Assembly: GCA_038087875.1 (NCBI GenBank)
Contig: JAXLNO010000638.1
Coordinates: 1 to 64,000 of the forward strand
Reading direction: 5' to 3'
Origin: Malacoraja senta
Taxonomy: Eukaryota
Length of the DNA stretch: 64,000 nucleotides
Part shown: positions 62,308 to 64,000 of the stretch, in pieces
Layout of the letters: each line of letters starts with the position of its first letter
How positions within the stretch are numbered: position 1 is the first letter of the stretch
The notes under the pieces: model-generated
What the model saw: the letters and a program-made list of their open reading frames with translations, nothing else
Told to the model about the DNA's origin: nothing
Database searches by the model: none
Translations under genes and position numbers: made by a program

Positions 62308-63399
62308 GGATGAGGGGGAATCTTACAGAGGTGTACAAAATCATGAGAGGAATAGATTGGGTAGATGCACAGAGTCTCTTGCCCAGAGTAGGGAAAGCGA
62401 GGACCAGAGGACATAGGTTCAAGGTGAAGGGGAAAAGATTTAATAGGAATCCAAGGGGTAACTTTTTCACACAGAGGGTGGTGGGTGTATGGAACAAGCT
62501 GCCAGAGGAGGTAGTTGAGGCTGGGACTATCCCATCGTTTAAGAAACAGTTAGACAGGTACATGGATAGGACAGGTTTGGAGGGATATGGATCAAGCACA
62601 GGCAAGTGGGACTAGTGTAGATGGGACATGTTGGCCAGTGTGGGCAAGTTGGGCCGAAGGTCCTGTTTCCACTGTATCACTCTATGACTCTATGACTGGA
62701 GCAAACATCTTCTGGCATCACTGGTGGAGTGATAGTGCCGGGTTAACAAACTCATCAGGAAGGCTGGTTCTGTCCTGGTGGTGGAGTTGGATTCATGGGA
62801 GGTGGTCACCCCCTCCGTGACACACTGGTCAACCTGAGAAGTACCTTCAGCAACAGACTGGTTCCATCAAGATGCAGTACAGAACGCCACAGGAGATCCT
62901 TCTTCCCTGTGGCTATCAAACTGTACAACTCCTCCCCCTTCCGTCGTGGGGTAGACTGACACCCTCCCCACCCCAATCTTTGCACATCCCCAATCCTTAC
63001 GACATCACTTTAATTTCACATTTCATGCATTTTGTGTTTTTATGACTGTTGACAGATCAAATCTCCTGGGATAAACAAAGTTCTATCGTATCTTATCGTA
63101 GGAAGTGAACCCTCCCTCAAACACACTCGGACAGACACATGATGGGAAATGTGTAGAGGGAAATGTGACCAATCCGGGCAAATGGGACTAGCTTGGATGG
63201 GGCATCTTGTTTGGCATGGTTGAGTGGAGCTGAAGGGCCTGTTTCCATTTCCCTCAACTGACTAGCTTCATGCTTCTGGTCTCGCCTTTCAAAGACCCCA
63301 GGCCTCTTCTTAAACTGTTTATTATTGCTTCATCACCAGCTGAGAAATTGTGCAGTCCCATCTCACTGACGTTAACAATCACGTGTATCTCATATAGCC

Positions 63400-63810
63400 A
63401 TAGAGTCGTACAACATGGCAACAGGCCCTTCAGCCCAACTCAACCATGCCAACCAAGATGCCCCATCTAAGCTAGTCCCATTTGCCCATATTTGTCACTT
63501 TTCCCTCTAAACCTTTCCAATCCATGTGTCTGTCCAAGTGTGTTTTAAAAGTTGTTATTGTATCTACCTTAAGTACCACCTTTGACAACTCATTCCTTAT
63601 ACCCACCACCGAGTGAAAACGTTGCCCCTCAGGTTCTTATTAAATCTTTTCTCTCTCTATGTTCTCTGGGTCTTGATTCCCCTATTCCAGGCAAAAGACT
63701 CTGAGCACTCATTCTTTCTACTTTCCTCAGGATCTTATACAACTCTATAAGATCACTTCTCAGCCTCCTGCGCTCCAGGGAATAAAGTCTAGCTGTGCTA
63801 ACCCTGCCCA
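63400..63810 (-). mobile_element. CR1 3' fragment
   Basis: LYSLERRRLRSDLIELYKI; aacaggcccttcagccc tail region. Confidence 0.8.
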
Positions 63811-63830
63811 CACTGCTCCATAGAATCTGT

Positions 63831-63958
63831 AGGAAAGAACTGCAGATGCTGGTTTAAATCGAAGGTAGACACAAAAAGCTGGAGTAACTCAGCGGGACAG
63901 GCAGCATCTCTGGAGAGAAGGAATGCGCGACGTTTCAGGTCGAGACCCTTCTTCAGAC
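63831..63958 (-). mobile_element. Penelope-pLTR-derived element with a hammerhead-like core
   Basis: The minus strand reads GTCTGAAGAAGGGTCTCGACCTGAAACGTC...; tagaatctgt occurs on both sides. Confidence 0.75.
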
Positions 63959-64000
63959 CTTAGAATCCTTAGAATCAGCTCTGTAGAATCTGTTCATTAT

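Larger units (their letters stand above)
58972..62697 (+). mobile_element. CR1 (58972-59285, 60813-61476, 62308-62697) hosting a younger CR1 (59286-60812) and two GC-rich elements
   Basis: Collinear RT motifs resume after each insertion; the inner CR1 ends (CTATTGT)n at about 60812. Confidence 0.85.

Noticed and set aside
59705..62414. Long Pro/Arg/Gly-rich ORFs (up to 238 aa) on both strands
   Set aside because: These are expected in GC-rich sequence, and the frames are not preserved between the two copies of the element.

Overview
Eukaryotic, repeat-dominated genomic DNA, very probably from a cartilaginous fish (skate/ray-type HE1/V-SINEs, abundant CR1/HER1-type LINEs, Deu-domain SINEs). 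The only host coding sequence I can support is one 185-bp internal exon (49585-49769, +) of an ACOT7-like acyl-CoA thioesterase, so the window is probably mostly intron. The first 18 kb are a six-layer nest: SINE < Gypsy LTR element < CR1 < CR1 < class I (epsilon-like) endogenous retrovirus < L1-like tail, with most junctions marked by target-site duplications (TSDs). The window also holds a full-length L1 with both ORFs intact (19333-25623), a near full-length decayed CR1 with an esterase ORF1, a Tc1 IR/DR transposon resembling teleost elements, a BEL/Pao integrase relic, a 5'-inverted L1 and a palindromic MITE. The two most unusual signals are (1) a family of short, often palindromic, TSD-flanked insertions derived from the 3' end of a Penelope-like element and carrying a minimal hammerhead-ribozyme core, and (2) a 48-nt cDNA copy of the primer tRNA-Leu that replaces gag-protease in the Gypsy element. 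All calls and identity estimates were made by eye without database searches; coordinates of decayed repeats are approximate.
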